Below, in pieces: positions 1-10,043 of a stretch of DNA of 64,000 nt. Every line of letters begins with the position of its first letter. Positions within the stretch are counted from its first letter, which is position 1. The position numbers and the translations under genes are program-made. Below the pieces are notes generated by a model. The model had not been told where the DNA came from. It worked only from the letters and a program-made list of their open reading frames with translations, and did not search any database. Source of the DNA: Paraspadella gotoi (lineage: Eukaryota > Animalia > Chaetognatha); assembly GCA_051294375.1 (NCBI GenBank), contig CM119267.1, forward strand, positions 14,315,694-14,379,693, given 5' to 3'.

Positions 1-2
1 AG

Positions 3-956
3 ATTTCTACGTCAGACGACGATGTTATGATTCTCAACGTGAACCTCGAAGAAGCAAAACCCTCGTCGACACCGAATTCGATAATGGAACCGAATTTTTC
101 GAATGAACCGATTACCAATGGGTCCGCTCCTAAAGTTTTAAGCCGCGCTTCGGGCTCTCGCAGTCGCCCTCCATCCCAATCACTTTCGCCCGTCGCTATT
201 AGCGCTCAAGCCCGCGTCACCGTTTCCGAAAAATCGGGCTCAAAAAAAGCAACGGCGGCCAAAGGTTCCTTCTCCCCAGTTACCATCATTCCAGCCTCTT
301 CCGGGTCCAAATCGAAAAAAGGTGCAGTGGTGAATCGCGACGTGGGGAAACCCTCCGTTCTTTCACGAATGGCACCTCGATCCATAACTATATTGGAGGA
401 TTCGTCATCGAATGCTAAGAGCGTTGGAGGAGCTGGCCAGACAAATGCTCAAGTTGCCTCATCCACTCCGAACATCCAACGACAGGCTGCGACAACCGGG
501 TCGCTTGTTTACCATTCCGTTTCTACTGAATCGGCCGAGCCGGAACCGTGGCTCGATGCATCTCGCGCTCTTGAAGCCAATCTCGAATTGCCATCAAACC
601 TGCCCGTTGCAAATGACCAATTTGTCTACCTTCAACTGTCCAATGGAGATATCGGAAAAATTTCCACTGCGGACTTTTTACAGTTGCAGCAACAAGCATC
701 ATGTCCGGAAAGAACCAGCGTTGGATCAATTCGACTAAACCAGAATCAGAATGACGACGTCAATTATAAAGTATTCGAAGAATTTTATCAAACCGATTCA
801 TCTTCTTCCTCTTCGTTAATTGTTCAAGGCGTTGACGGAATCGTAGGGGTCGACGAACGAGTAACTTTTAATGAACCACTTGGCGCCCCGGATGCATCCA
901 TAGGGGCTCAACTGGTTGATATCGATGGACAACTTTTTCAAATACAAGTACCGTGA
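3..956 (+). CDS. 3' part of an unknown Ser/Ala-rich, mostly low-complexity protein (starts upstream of the window)
   Basis: Frame is open from position 3 to TGA at 954-956. Exon-like GC content; AATAAA at 1009-1014. No recognisable domain. Confidence 0.65.
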   Translation: MSTSDDDVMILNVNLEEAKPSSTPNSIMEPNFSNEPITNGSAPKVLSRASGSRSRPPSQSLSPVAISAQARVTVSEKSGSKKATAAKGSFSPVTIIPASSGSKSKKGAVVNRDVGKPSVLSRMAPRSITILEDSSSNAKSVGGAGQTNAQVASSTPNIQRQAATTGSLVYHSVSTESAEPEPWLDASRALEANLELPSNLPVANDQFVYLQLSNGDIGKISTADFLQLQQQASCPERTSVGSIRLNQNQNDDVNYKVFEEFYQTDSSSSSSLIVQGVDGIVGVDERVTFNEPLGAPDASIGAQLVDIDGQLFQIQVP

Positions 957-1103
957 TCTTGCCGTTTCTTAGCCATTAACTACATATTTCCTCTTTTAAG
1001 TTGATTTGAATAAAACGATTATTTTTATTTTTAGCTCCTGCTGATTTGATTAGACTTTTGTTATAGTTTACGTTATTGTTATATTTTTCCAGAGAAAAAA
1101 ATC

Positions 1104-1376
1104 ATGGAAAAAACCATGGCTAAGCACTTGGAGGACGCTCTTGACCAACCGGGTGTCATTGGAGCGCTGACTACCGATCAGGGCGGCCTCCCACTATGCG
1201 TAAAAGGAGCAATCAATGCCTCCAACGCGGGATGCATTGCGGCGGCGGCGGAGAAAGCTTCCATGTTACATCCTGAGAAAAGAAATCCTGTGATAATCAT
1301 TGACATTTGTGACGGGAATTCGCTTATGGTCAAGCAGGATGAGTTGAGCACCACTATCGTCCACAAAAAAAATTAA
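1104..1376 (+). CDS. LAMTOR5: Ragulator complex subunit LAMTOR5 (HBXIP)
   Basis: 90 aa roadblock-type protein, MEKTMAKHLEDALDQPGVIGALTTDQGGLPLCVKG...PVIII...IVHK, matching the LAMTOR5 pattern. Acceptor atatttttccag ends at 1092. Confidence 0.9.
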   Translation: MEKTMAKHLEDALDQPGVIGALTTDQGGLPLCVKGAINASNAGCIAAAAEKASMLHPEKRNPVIIIDICDGNSLMVKQDELSTTIVHKKN

Positions 1377-1394
1377 AAAAAGACAAAAGACAAT

Positions 1395-2255
1395 ATGAAT
1401 CAAACAATTCCGACGCCCTTCTGTCCCCCACTTTTACATCCTCCTCCTCCTCCCGTACCACCTCCTCCTTCTGAACCTCCTCCTACTCCTAACCACCTTC
1501 AACCTTCCTGCACTAATGAACAATTAAATAAATATAGTGACCAAAACTATTACCCATTGTCCTCCATTGAAAAAGAACTGGTGTTGGCTTTGTCTCGCTC
1601 CGGTTTCGAACGCCAAACTTTCGAACTTATCATTCCGTCGCACATTCCCGAGATTAAGCTGCAGCGTGGTCCAACCTGCGGAATTACTGCGCTTCGAATG
1701 GCCTTGGACCTGGCAAGGGAGAACAACGCTAAAATACCTTTCCTATCCGACGAGGATATTATAACTATAGCTAAACAACGGGGATTTACAACTTATGGAG
1801 AAATTTTTTCTTGTTCGAATTTGCTCGACTTGGCCAAGACGCTTTTTGTCGAAGCGGCCTCACTTGAGATGGAGTTCCCTTCGACGGACTTTCCAACGAT
1901 CAAGCACAAGGTTGTGGAACATTTGAAGTCCCGAGGAACGATTCTCGTTCCTTACGACAAGGACCGGGACTTCACCCCTTGTTCACGTGGGGGATCTAAG
2001 GCTCATTGGGCGTTGGTTGTTGGCATTGCCACCGACGATCGCGAATCTGTCTCTTTAGTAGCGGCGCGACATGGACAATCGAAGCGAATAGTATTTTGGA
2101 ATTTGAACGATCTGATTAAGAGCAACCGACAGTTGATGGATTACGATTACGAGAGACTCTGTAAAGGGTGCCCCGCAGAGAAACCTGTCGTTCCCAAGGG
2201 AGGGTTAAAGGAGGGCTTGTTGGGTAAAATGATTTTTATTATTTCTGCTAGTTGA
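1395..2255 (+). CDS. ACTMAP: Actin maturation protease (C19orf54/UPF0692), cysteine protease-like
   Basis: N-terminal polyproline, QRGPTCG (catalytic Cys), GFTTYGEIFS, ILVPYDKDRDFTPC, GSKAHWALVVG, HGQSK, L..SNRQL. Intronless. Confidence 0.9.
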   Translation: MNQTIPTPFCPPLLHPPPPPVPPPPSEPPPTPNHLQPSCTNEQLNKYSDQNYYPLSSIEKELVLALSRSGFERQTFELIIPSHIPEIKLQRGPTCGITALRMALDLARENNAKIPFLSDEDIITIAKQRGFTTYGEIFSCSNLLDLAKTLFVEAASLEMEFPSTDFPTIKHKVVEHLKSRGTILVPYDKDRDFTPCSRGGSKAHWALVVGIATDDRESVSLVAARHGQSKRIVFWNLNDLIKSNRQLMDYDYERLCKGCPAEKPVVPKGGLKEGLLGKMIFIISAS

Positions 2256-2366
2256 TTTTCTAATTTTTCAATTTTTTTCAATTGGTGTGTTCACAGTATA
2301 AATAATTTTTCCTAATGTTTCCAATTCTTTCCATTAGTAGTATTTGATTTTTGAATTTTAAAAGAA

Positions 2367-5300
2367 ATGATTCGCGGTCAGGATCGTCGAATGGAACCCG
2401 GCCCCCCGGGAGAACCTTTTCTTTCCCCACGAAATGGCGGCCGACAAGGAGGATGGAACGAAGGAAGCGCTGGTGGTGACGTACATCTTATGGGACAGTT
2501 TCAGGGTGCTCCTCCGATGGCAGGAAATTTTCAGGGTTCAGGAAATATGGATGGACAAGATGGGTTTAACGCTCCCATCGGAGGCGATTATCCGGTAGGA
2601 GGTGGAAATTTCATCGGGGGAGACGGAGCTTTCGGTGGATCGGGCGGAGGAAACTTTGGGGTCGCGCCCATGGTAGGAGGAAATTTCGGCGTCGCGGCCC
2701 CGGGTGCGTCAGGCGGACATGTGGGCGGTGGTCACTTTCGCGGCGGGCGCGTGGGACGTCGCGGTTCCTTTCGAAAGTCGGGTCCTTCCCCGGATCGGCG
2801 ACGCAGACTGGATCAGTTTTCCGACTCTTCCTACTCCGACGAGGAGCCGTCAAATGAGAAACCGGTTAAAGGGGCCGGGGCTGAGGCGGAAGCCATGCCC
2901 GAAGATTCCGAACGAGACAAAGCGGGCGAAACCAACGGGAAACGTGGGCGATCAGCTCAGGGAGGAAGAAATCGCGGCGGAGAGCCAAAACGGTCTAGGG
3001 ATCGCGGCGACCGCCTGGATAGGTCGCGGAGGACCATCGTTTGGGACAAATCCAACGCCAAATTCTGGCAGAAACTCAAAGAACAGACTCGCGAACAGAT
3101 GGACTATCTCATCGACTCGGTTTACACTGAGGAAGTAAAAAAGTCTATCGGTGCTAACGCCCAACTCTCCCAGTACAGCATGGTCAAATGCGAGGCTTAT
3201 CTGCTTAACTTTGAAGACAGAAACTTTCCTATCTTCAAGGCCGAAGCGCAGGCTTTGGCCACTCCTGGAATTGAGCTCGAGGACATCGCCAAGAGACAGT
3301 TGGAACGAATTGGCTCTCGGCTGATGAAGGACAATTCGGGAGATAAATCTCACTTTCGCTTTAAACTCAATAGCTACGACGCCTATTTGCGAGCCATGGT
3401 CAATCGCAAGGCTTTACCTATCCAGTGGCACGACCTCCGCACTCTGGCCTTTCACTGGCCTCCCTTCGAGGACGAGGAAGAGGGTCGCAACTGGCTGCAA
3501 GAGCTGATCAAGAGGTTCTACAGCCTGGGCGCTTGTACGGTTGTTTTGCAGAAAGAGGGCCTACGACTCGAGGGCGAGGACGCGCAGGATCCTCATTTGA
3601 TCATGGCGGAAGAACCGTTCCCTCCCTTAGTTCGCTCTGTGCTGTTGGTCACCTTTTTCTTTCCTGAAACCGTGGATTTGCTGGCAGACTTAAAGATCAC
3701 CATGGATAAGCGTCCGCTCGTAGTACATCGAGTTCGTGCCGTCATAGGCGGATATGAGAAGGTTTTGCACCAAGGTTTCCCGCTTTACGTCTCTCTTTTG
3801 CCGCCCCAAGAATCTACACTGACGCGACCTAAAGACTTTGTCAACATCCAGGGTCCTGGAGCTCTGGCGCGGCAATTTCTTGGTCTACCACTTGCGGGCC
3901 CACACGACTCCAAGGCCAAAATCAAAGGTCCCGCTGGTGTCGACTTCGACTCAAATTATTCCAGAGGTCTATCGCCTTCTAAACAATCATATGAAGACGA
4001 CGGTCGAAAGAAAGAAAGGTCTCGATCTCGTTCCCGTCACCGCAAAGATAAGAAAGATGCAGGTGACGAAAAGAAAACTCGCGACTCTTCGCCGGGTCAT
4101 CACCATCGACGCAAGAAGCACCGCAGTCGTAGCCGAAGCCCGAGAGAACGAAAAAGCCGCAGCAAGAGTCGCAGCAAGAAGCACCGAAAATCTTCCAAAG
4201 CCGAGAAGGAAGCCCACGAGCATGTGGTGTCGTCCACATCGGGAAATGACAAGGGTGAAGAAGAAAATATTATCAAATACTTTCTTACGTCATCTGCGGA
4301 CGAGAAGCCTCTAGACTGCGAGGAGGTCAAAAAATATTTTTCCAAATTCGGCGAACTTGACTGGTGCATTCAGTCTGGTCTTAATAAGATGGCTGCCGCG
4401 TTCGCGTTCAAGGACGCTGGCATAAGCGTGCTTGTGGCTGGATATGGTCACAGGATCAACAAACGCGCCGTTATCCTACAGCCTATGGGGGATCACGGGC
4501 CGGTAGGGCAACCAACCGTGGCTACGGAGATCGGAGGAGAGGGCAAGAAGAATGACGCCAGCCGTGGGCGCCATCCCAATGGCGGCGAAGGGGGCGAATC
4601 TGGGGAAGAGGTCAATGCTGTGTGTATCCAGGGATTTGGTTTCGACGTGCCACAAAACATCATGCCCGATCTTAAAAATTATGTTCATTCCAAAGCTCAG
4701 CAATTGGGACTGCAAGATTTTCAGGGTCTTGCTACGATGGAAATGAGAAAGTCGGTGTCTACTAACGAATATTACTCAATCGTTTCTTTTAAAGACCAGC
4801 GCGACATGGATTCACTTTTAAACCATTCTTCTCATGTAATGACCGTCGGCGGGGTTCAAAAGTCCTTACATTTTGGTCCATACCAACCTCTGAGTGCTGA
4901 CGCTGAGCTGGAAGAAGCCAAAAACACCCGCTCTCTCTTTATTACTAACTTTCCAGGACAATCAAGTGGGATCGTTATCAGCAAAGAGATAGTGGAGAAC
5001 CACTTCCGTAAGCATGGAAGCATTCAACGCGTCATGTTAGCCGCACGAAAGACCGGCTATGATGGTATAATGTCTGCTGGAAAACCCGGTGATCTCTACG
5101 CGCTCATAACATATTACAACGTGACAGCGGCCGAAGCCGCCATCCAGTCTCGTCACGTCATTCCCGGAAGCGCGCAACCCTTGGCGGTAACGTGGTACAC
5201 ACGCCAGGAAGATTGGTCCGACTCGAACAAGAAAGCCAAGAGCGACGGCGTTGATGCAACCCCTCCGGCGCTATCGTCGCATCAACAGTTCGACTGCGCC

Positions 5301-6233
5301 ACCTATCCTACGTCCGCAGCCTCTAATCCGATCCAATCTTCATTCGTTCGACCGACGGCCACGAATTTTTTTGGTCCCGCTTCACAAAATCCAAATGTTA
5401 GCATGTTTTCCGTTCCTCCCCCTATCTGGTCGGGTGCAAACCCGAACGGTTCCGTCGCCGCTGGATATCCAGGAGCTGCGCCGGCGTCTTCCGACCCCGC
5501 GCCGAACTTTTCAACCGGCTCTTCGGGATTGCCTCAGTTTCCCAATGCCGTTTCGACGGGCGGGCCGCCAACTTCAGCCCCCGCCCCCCTTTCGACAAAA
5601 TCCGTTGGCGATTCGGCTTCTCAGGGTGACGGCAACGACGACCCGACCAATGCCATTTTGATCACGGGTTTTTCTAAGGAGAGAGATTACCACGATTTCA
5701 GCCTTTTCTTTCGCGGGATCGGTCGTATTCGCCGCTGCTATCTTAAATCCCACGAGACCGACAGTCGCTGGTGCGTGGTAACCTTTGAAAACCTTGTTGA
5801 CGCCAAAAAGGCTTGTACATCCGCCATCAAACTATCATTTCAAGTAAAGTACCACGAGTCCGACGAACTTACCATCCTCCCCCTCAACGAACATCCATTG
5901 GCTCCTCCGGAGGCCTTCCATGCGTGCAAGCCTTCCTTTTCAAGTTCGAGACATCATCACAGAGAAAAGGTTCAACATCATCCTCCAACGGCGCAAATGC
6001 CTGCGGTTGCGGCTCCGCCTTACCCGGGCGTAGTACCTACGGGACTGGGTGTTCCTCCGATGCCCATGACACAATCGCCCCTGCCGACCGGCGGCTACAA
6101 TCCGTTATTCGCCTCGACGACGGCGCCGCCGCCCGCCATGCCGCCGGCTGGGATGCCACCGGTCGGTTTTTCCATGCCTCCTCCTTCGGCCCCGATGCCT
6201 GGATCTGCTAATACATATCCGTACGGATATTGA
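2367..6233 (+). CDS. Large RNA-binding protein with Gly/RGG N-terminus, RS/His-Lys tract, about 4 divergent RRM-like domains and Pro-rich tail
   Basis: 1288 aa single ORF. RRM-like segments EEVKKYFSKFGEL..AFAF, SLFITNFP..VENHFRKHGSI..YALITY, AILITGF..WCVVTFEN; RSRSRS repeats. Confidence 0.8.
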   Translation: MIRGQDRRMEPGPPGEPFLSPRNGGRQGGWNEGSAGGDVHLMGQFQGAPPMAGNFQGSGNMDGQDGFNAPIGGDYPVGGGNFIGGDGAFGGSGGGNFGVAPMVGGNFGVAAPGASGGHVGGGHFRGGRVGRRGSFRKSGPSPDRRRRLDQFSDSSYSDEEPSNEKPVKGAGAEAEAMPEDSERDKAGETNGKRGRSAQGGRNRGGEPKRSRDRGDRLDRSRRTIVWDKSNAKFWQKLKEQTREQMDYLIDSVYTEEVKKSIGANAQLSQYSMVKCEAYLLNFEDRNFPIFKAEAQALATPGIELEDIAKRQLERIGSRLMKDNSGDKSHFRFKLNSYDAYLRAMVNRKALPIQWHDLRTLAFHWPPFEDEEEGRNWLQELIKRFYSLGACTVVLQKEGLRLEGEDAQDPHLIMAEEPFPPLVRSVLLVTFFFPETVDLLADLKITMDKRPLVVHRVRAVIGGYEKVLHQGFPLYVSLLPPQESTLTRPKDFVNIQGPGALARQFLGLPLAGPHDSKAKIKGPAGVDFDSNYSRGLSPSKQSYEDDGRKKERSRSRSRHRKDKKDAGDEKKTRDSSPGHHHRRKKHRSRSRSPRERKSRSKSRSKKHRKSSKAEKEAHEHVVSSTSGNDKGEEENIIKYFLTSSADEKPLDCEEVKKYFSKFGELDWCIQSGLNKMAAAFAFKDAGISVLVAGYGHRINKRAVILQPMGDHGPVGQPTVATEIGGEGKKNDASRGRHPNGGEGGESGEEVNAVCIQGFGFDVPQNIMPDLKNYVHSKAQQLGLQDFQGLATMEMRKSVSTNEYYSIVSFKDQRDMDSLLNHSSHVMTVGGVQKSLHFGPYQPLSADAELEEAKNTRSLFITNFPGQSSGIVISKEIVENHFRKHGSIQRVMLAARKTGYDGIMSAGKPGDLYALITYYNVTAAEAAIQSRHVIPGSAQPLAVTWYTRQEDWSDSNKKAKSDGVDATPPALSSHQQFDCATYPTSAASNPIQSSFVRPTATNFFGPASQNPNVSMFSVPPPIWSGANPNGSVAAGYPGAAPASSDPAPNFSTGSSGLPQFPNAVSTGGPPTSAPAPLSTKSVGDSASQGDGNDDPTNAILITGFSKERDYHDFSLFFRGIGRIRRCYLKSHETDSRWCVVTFENLVDAKKACTSAIKLSFQVKYHESDELTILPLNEHPLAPPEAFHACKPSFSSSRHHHREKVQHHPPTAQMPAVAAPPYPGVVPTGLGVPPMPMTQSPLPTGGYNPLFASTTAPPPAMPPAGMPPVGFSMPPPSAPMPGSANTYPYGY

Positions 6234-6724
6234 TACTCGGAATTTCGCATTTCAAAAATTCGGACAGACTAAGAAATTAATTCGTGGGAAAAAATTATAT
6301 TGTGACTTATTCAAGTTTTTTTTCAGATATTTAGAATCGGTTAATGTAATTGAATTCAGATATTTTCCGAAACACGTTTTTTCGCCGTTGTTTATTAAAG
6401 GCTGATTTTGCGGTCTCTATCGCAATTAGCGTTTTTTGTTTTTGTTTCAATTTTTTTTTCCTTTACGATGTTTAATCATCGTCATGAACTTTTCAAAGGA
6501 ATTTGTAGTATTTACATTTAATAAGTTTTTGACATGTTTCCAATTTATTTCTATTTCAGGTTAAGTCTCAAAATGTAGTAAAAAATTATACTGATCAATC
6601 TTGATTGTTTAACTTACTATGTACTTTTTTTTTGACAAAAGCAAGTCAATATGATTTGCCCGTTTATAAATCATAATTTCATCTTTTGTTGCATTTTTTC
6701 GGTTTCTTCCTCAGGCACGTAAAA

Positions 6725-7804
6725 ATGTCAACAAGCGCTAATCTTTTGGAGACTGCCTCTTTGTTTGAGAGTATGGAGGAAGCGTTTTTGAGCATCATCA
6801 TCGACGCAGCCTGCCGAATGGCGCATTACACGGGCATCAAAGTGTTCGCTTTGTTGGACGCTGGACCCAAAGGTCGAAAGATCGCTGGCCACGAAGACTT
6901 GAAAAGCGCTTTCCAGACGCACCGCTTATTTCCGGCGGAGACGGACCTTGAGCTTGACTCTCTTCAGGATCCGCCGCTAATCGAAAACGGAATTGTATTG
7001 CCCTCGACCTACTCTTCTCCAGTGGCTGGTCCGTACACAAACTTTTTTCCAAAAAGTAGAACAGCAACTTCAGTCAGGGGACGAAAACGCCTCCTCGAAG
7101 GTTGGCCTCGCCCAGCAAGCAACAAATTCCCCAGGGTGTCTCCTACTATGTCCGAAGAATCTGCGCACCTGTCTTTAAAGGACGAAAACGATGTTGAGAT
7201 AATTTTGGACGAGGATTATGGAATCGATTCGGTCGAGAACTCAAACGCAGTTTCTCATCCGCGACCGGTTAACCATGTTTTGAGCATTAACGAATCGCGA
7301 CCCGACGACGAAGATGCTTTTTTTCCCGGATGGAGTTTAAGCGCTTTTCTCTGCGGGAGCCCCAAAGCGGCGGCAATTCTTCAGACTGGACGAAGCTTTA
7401 CGCCGACCAAAGGGTCTACCTCGATGCGGATACTTCATTCGCTCGTTTGGGACATCGCCAAGGAGGTAGAGCCGTTTTGGCCCGAGGATCGACCGGGACG
7501 CACCTCTACGGCCAACCACGTCTTTGACCGTTTGTGGAGTTATTTTCCCGAGTTCGAGATCGAGGAGATTAGGGAGGCTCGGATTCAGGTTGGGAAACAA
7601 AGGTACAAGTTCAAGGCTTATTTAAAACACTGCGTGTGCAACACAATCAAGAACAAAGTAAAGCGACGAATGAAGTGCTCGGCGTCTCTACCGAAATCTA
7701 ACGATTGGAGCGACGGAGATTTGGGAGAATATTGGGAAGTGAATTTAGTCAATGAGGGCACAAAAGGATCCGGAGTAAAAAAATGCGAGGAAATCTGGAT
7801 ATAA
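6725..7804 (+). CDS. Uncharacterised protein, possibly nuclear, with a weak MADS-like N-terminal segment
   Basis: ATG at 6725 follows acceptor ggtttcttcctcag ending at 6714. 359 aa GC-rich ORF with a basic RGRKR motif. Confidence 0.7.
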   Translation: MSTSANLLETASLFESMEEAFLSIIIDAACRMAHYTGIKVFALLDAGPKGRKIAGHEDLKSAFQTHRLFPAETDLELDSLQDPPLIENGIVLPSTYSSPVAGPYTNFFPKSRTATSVRGRKRLLEGWPRPASNKFPRVSPTMSEESAHLSLKDENDVEIILDEDYGIDSVENSNAVSHPRPVNHVLSINESRPDDEDAFFPGWSLSAFLCGSPKAAAILQTGRSFTPTKGSTSMRILHSLVWDIAKEVEPFWPEDRPGRTSTANHVFDRLWSYFPEFEIEEIREARIQVGKQRYKFKAYLKHCVCNTIKNKVKRRMKCSASLPKSNDWSDGDLGEYWEVNLVNEGTKGSGVKKCEEIWI

Positions 7805-8109
7805 AATGGGGTATTATTAGTACTATTTCGACTTAAAGTAAATGAAAAAGAGCCTAAATACTAGTTTTTACTTTTTTTTACCTCGTGCATCAATAGTAGG
7901 GAATTTAAAAATAACAAAATATAACAAATCGAATAAGGTACATAGCTATTTTAGTGCAATCAAGTCTGTAGAATTCGATGTTGATAACCATTTTTTTTTA
8001 TAATTTCATCTTCTTTGTCGAAAATGGCGATTTTTGCAGCATATAAGGTACCATTCAAATGCAACTAACTTTGTGGAATATAAGAAACTCAAATTATTAA
8101 AATTTTATA

Positions 8110-8655
8110 AAAGCTATATTTAGCTTACATAATATGAAAATAAAGACCCATATAAATATTTCAGTAAGCTTATTTACTAATTTTAGATTTTATTAACTGT
8201 TTGTTAGCTATATTTATTAATAAATAATAATAAAAAATAAGCTAAAGTAAAAAAATAAAAAAGTAAAAATTTTAAAACCGGGTTTTAATTCCTTACAAAA
8301 AGTTGATATAAGAAAGTATAATCCATTTTAACAAATTCTTTCATTAAGTTGGTTAAAAATGTTAAAAACTTTTTTTTTAAGTAATTTTTAATTTTTAGCT
8401 TAAAATTATAGTTTTTTTGAATTTTGACCAACTTAATGACATAATTTTGGAATAAAAATTATATTTTCTTATATCAACTTTTTGCAAGGAATACAAATCC
8501 CAAAATAAAATTTTTAAATTATTATTTTTTAACTTTAACCTAATTTTTACTCATAATTATTAATAAATATAGTTAACTAACTTTTTATAAAATTTAGAAA
8601 TAAACTTACCAAATTTTTTTATATAAGTCTTTAATTTTATATTTCAAAAGCTCAT
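8110..8655. mobile_element. AT-rich imperfect foldback palindrome (MITE-like)
   Basis: Inverted arms, e.g. aaaagttgatataagaaa (~8297) vs tttcttatatcaactttt (~8466) and taagttggttaaaa vs ttttgaccaactta, centred near 8390. Boundaries approximate. Confidence 0.65.
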
Positions 8656-8899
8656 GTGGCGTGATTTTGGTTCGCCTCTTTTTTCGCTTCTTTGTGACCG
8701 TTGTCGACGTCGTCACGCTTCTTTACCATCGTAAATTTTCTCTCTTTTAATTATATATCGCTCTCTCTCTCTCTCCCTTTTTTTCCGTCGCTTCTTCTTC
8801 TGATTCGTCTAAAAACCAGTTCAGCTCTGCAGCGGCTATCCAACTTCTCTCTAGCTTTTTTTCTCTTTTTCTCTCTCTCTCATACATGCATGTTTTATT

Positions 8900-9440
8900 T
8901 ACAATGAATGACGAGAGTTTATGTCCAATAATCATCGTGTCAATGAATGATTATCATCGCCTCAATTATTGGTTATCATCGCATCAATATTTGGTTATCA
9001 TCGCATCAATAATTGGTTATCATGGCACTAATAATTGTTATCATCACATAAATCAATTATTATTACATCAATAAATCAATTACTATTACATCAATCAATC
9101 ATTTTCTATTATATAAATCAATCAATTACTATTATAAAATCAATCAATTTCTATTACATTAATCAATCAATTATTATTACATTAATCAATCAATTACTAT
9201 TACATTAATCAATCAATTATTATAACATTAATCAATCAAATACTATTATATTAATCAATTATTATTACATTAATCAATCAATTACTATTACATCTGTAGT
9301 TCGTCGCTCTTAACTTCCTTTTGTAAAAGTGTTTAAAAATATAAGCAAAATGGAAAACCCCGCTCATCACATTAATTACTATTACATCAATCAATCAATT
9401 ACTATTACATAAATCAATCAATTACTATTATTTTATCGTT
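8900..9440. repeat. Low-complexity minisatellite (aatcaatcaattactattacat-like units)
   Basis: Visible tandem units. A related tract, with a similar ctctgcagcggct flank, occurs at ~24170-24450. Confidence 0.8.
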
Positions 9441-9772
9441 TTTAATTTATTTAATTTAATAGTGGTATGATGGTGGTGTTTTTTAAAATCCACGTTTCTT
9501 AAAAGAGATTTCAACCATAACAACTATTCCTATGTGACCAAAGCGAAATATGGGAGAAGCTAACTCAAAACAGGCAGCCAGAAACTTTATGCAGAATGTC
9601 CCTGGAAAGGTTTGTTGCAAAACGTAAGAGCTTTTTTGGTTGATGTAGCGGTGACAATAGGTTTCTTTTGCGTTGTAATATTTACTTGTTATAAAAAAAT
9701 ATACGTATAAAGTGATCACCGCTGCATTCGTATCTTATTTTTTCACGAAGTAAAACAGAGACAACAGACGTT

Positions 9773-9925
9773 ATGGCAAATCCAGAAGAAGTCGAGGTAA
9801 AGGATAAAATCGCTTCGAAGCAGTCTCTCGTGACTCAACTTCATAGCATCGGATCTGACATTAGTAAAAAGAAAAGCGCGGTCGTGGAGGAAACAGAATC
9901 AAGAGCCTCGAAGTCGTTAAAATGA
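9773..9925 (+). CDS. Putative 50-aa small ORF (MANPEEVEVKDKIASKQSLVTQLHSIGSDISKKKSAVVEETESRASKSLK)
   Basis: GC-elevated island preceded by acceptor-like tatcttattttttcacgaag (ends 9750) and followed by a T-rich spacer of 118 nt before EXD1. Too short for the ORF track. Confidence 0.45.
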   Translation: MANPEEVEVKDKIASKQSLVTQLHSIGSDISKKKSAVVEETESRASKSLK

Positions 9926-10043
9926 TTATTTGATTTTGTAATATTTTATTTTTATGGCAACACTGAAATCGATATGATGTAATGATTTATTTTTCAAGGG
10001 CCTGTCTTTCTCAACAGTTATCTTAAATCAATAAGTAGAAACG

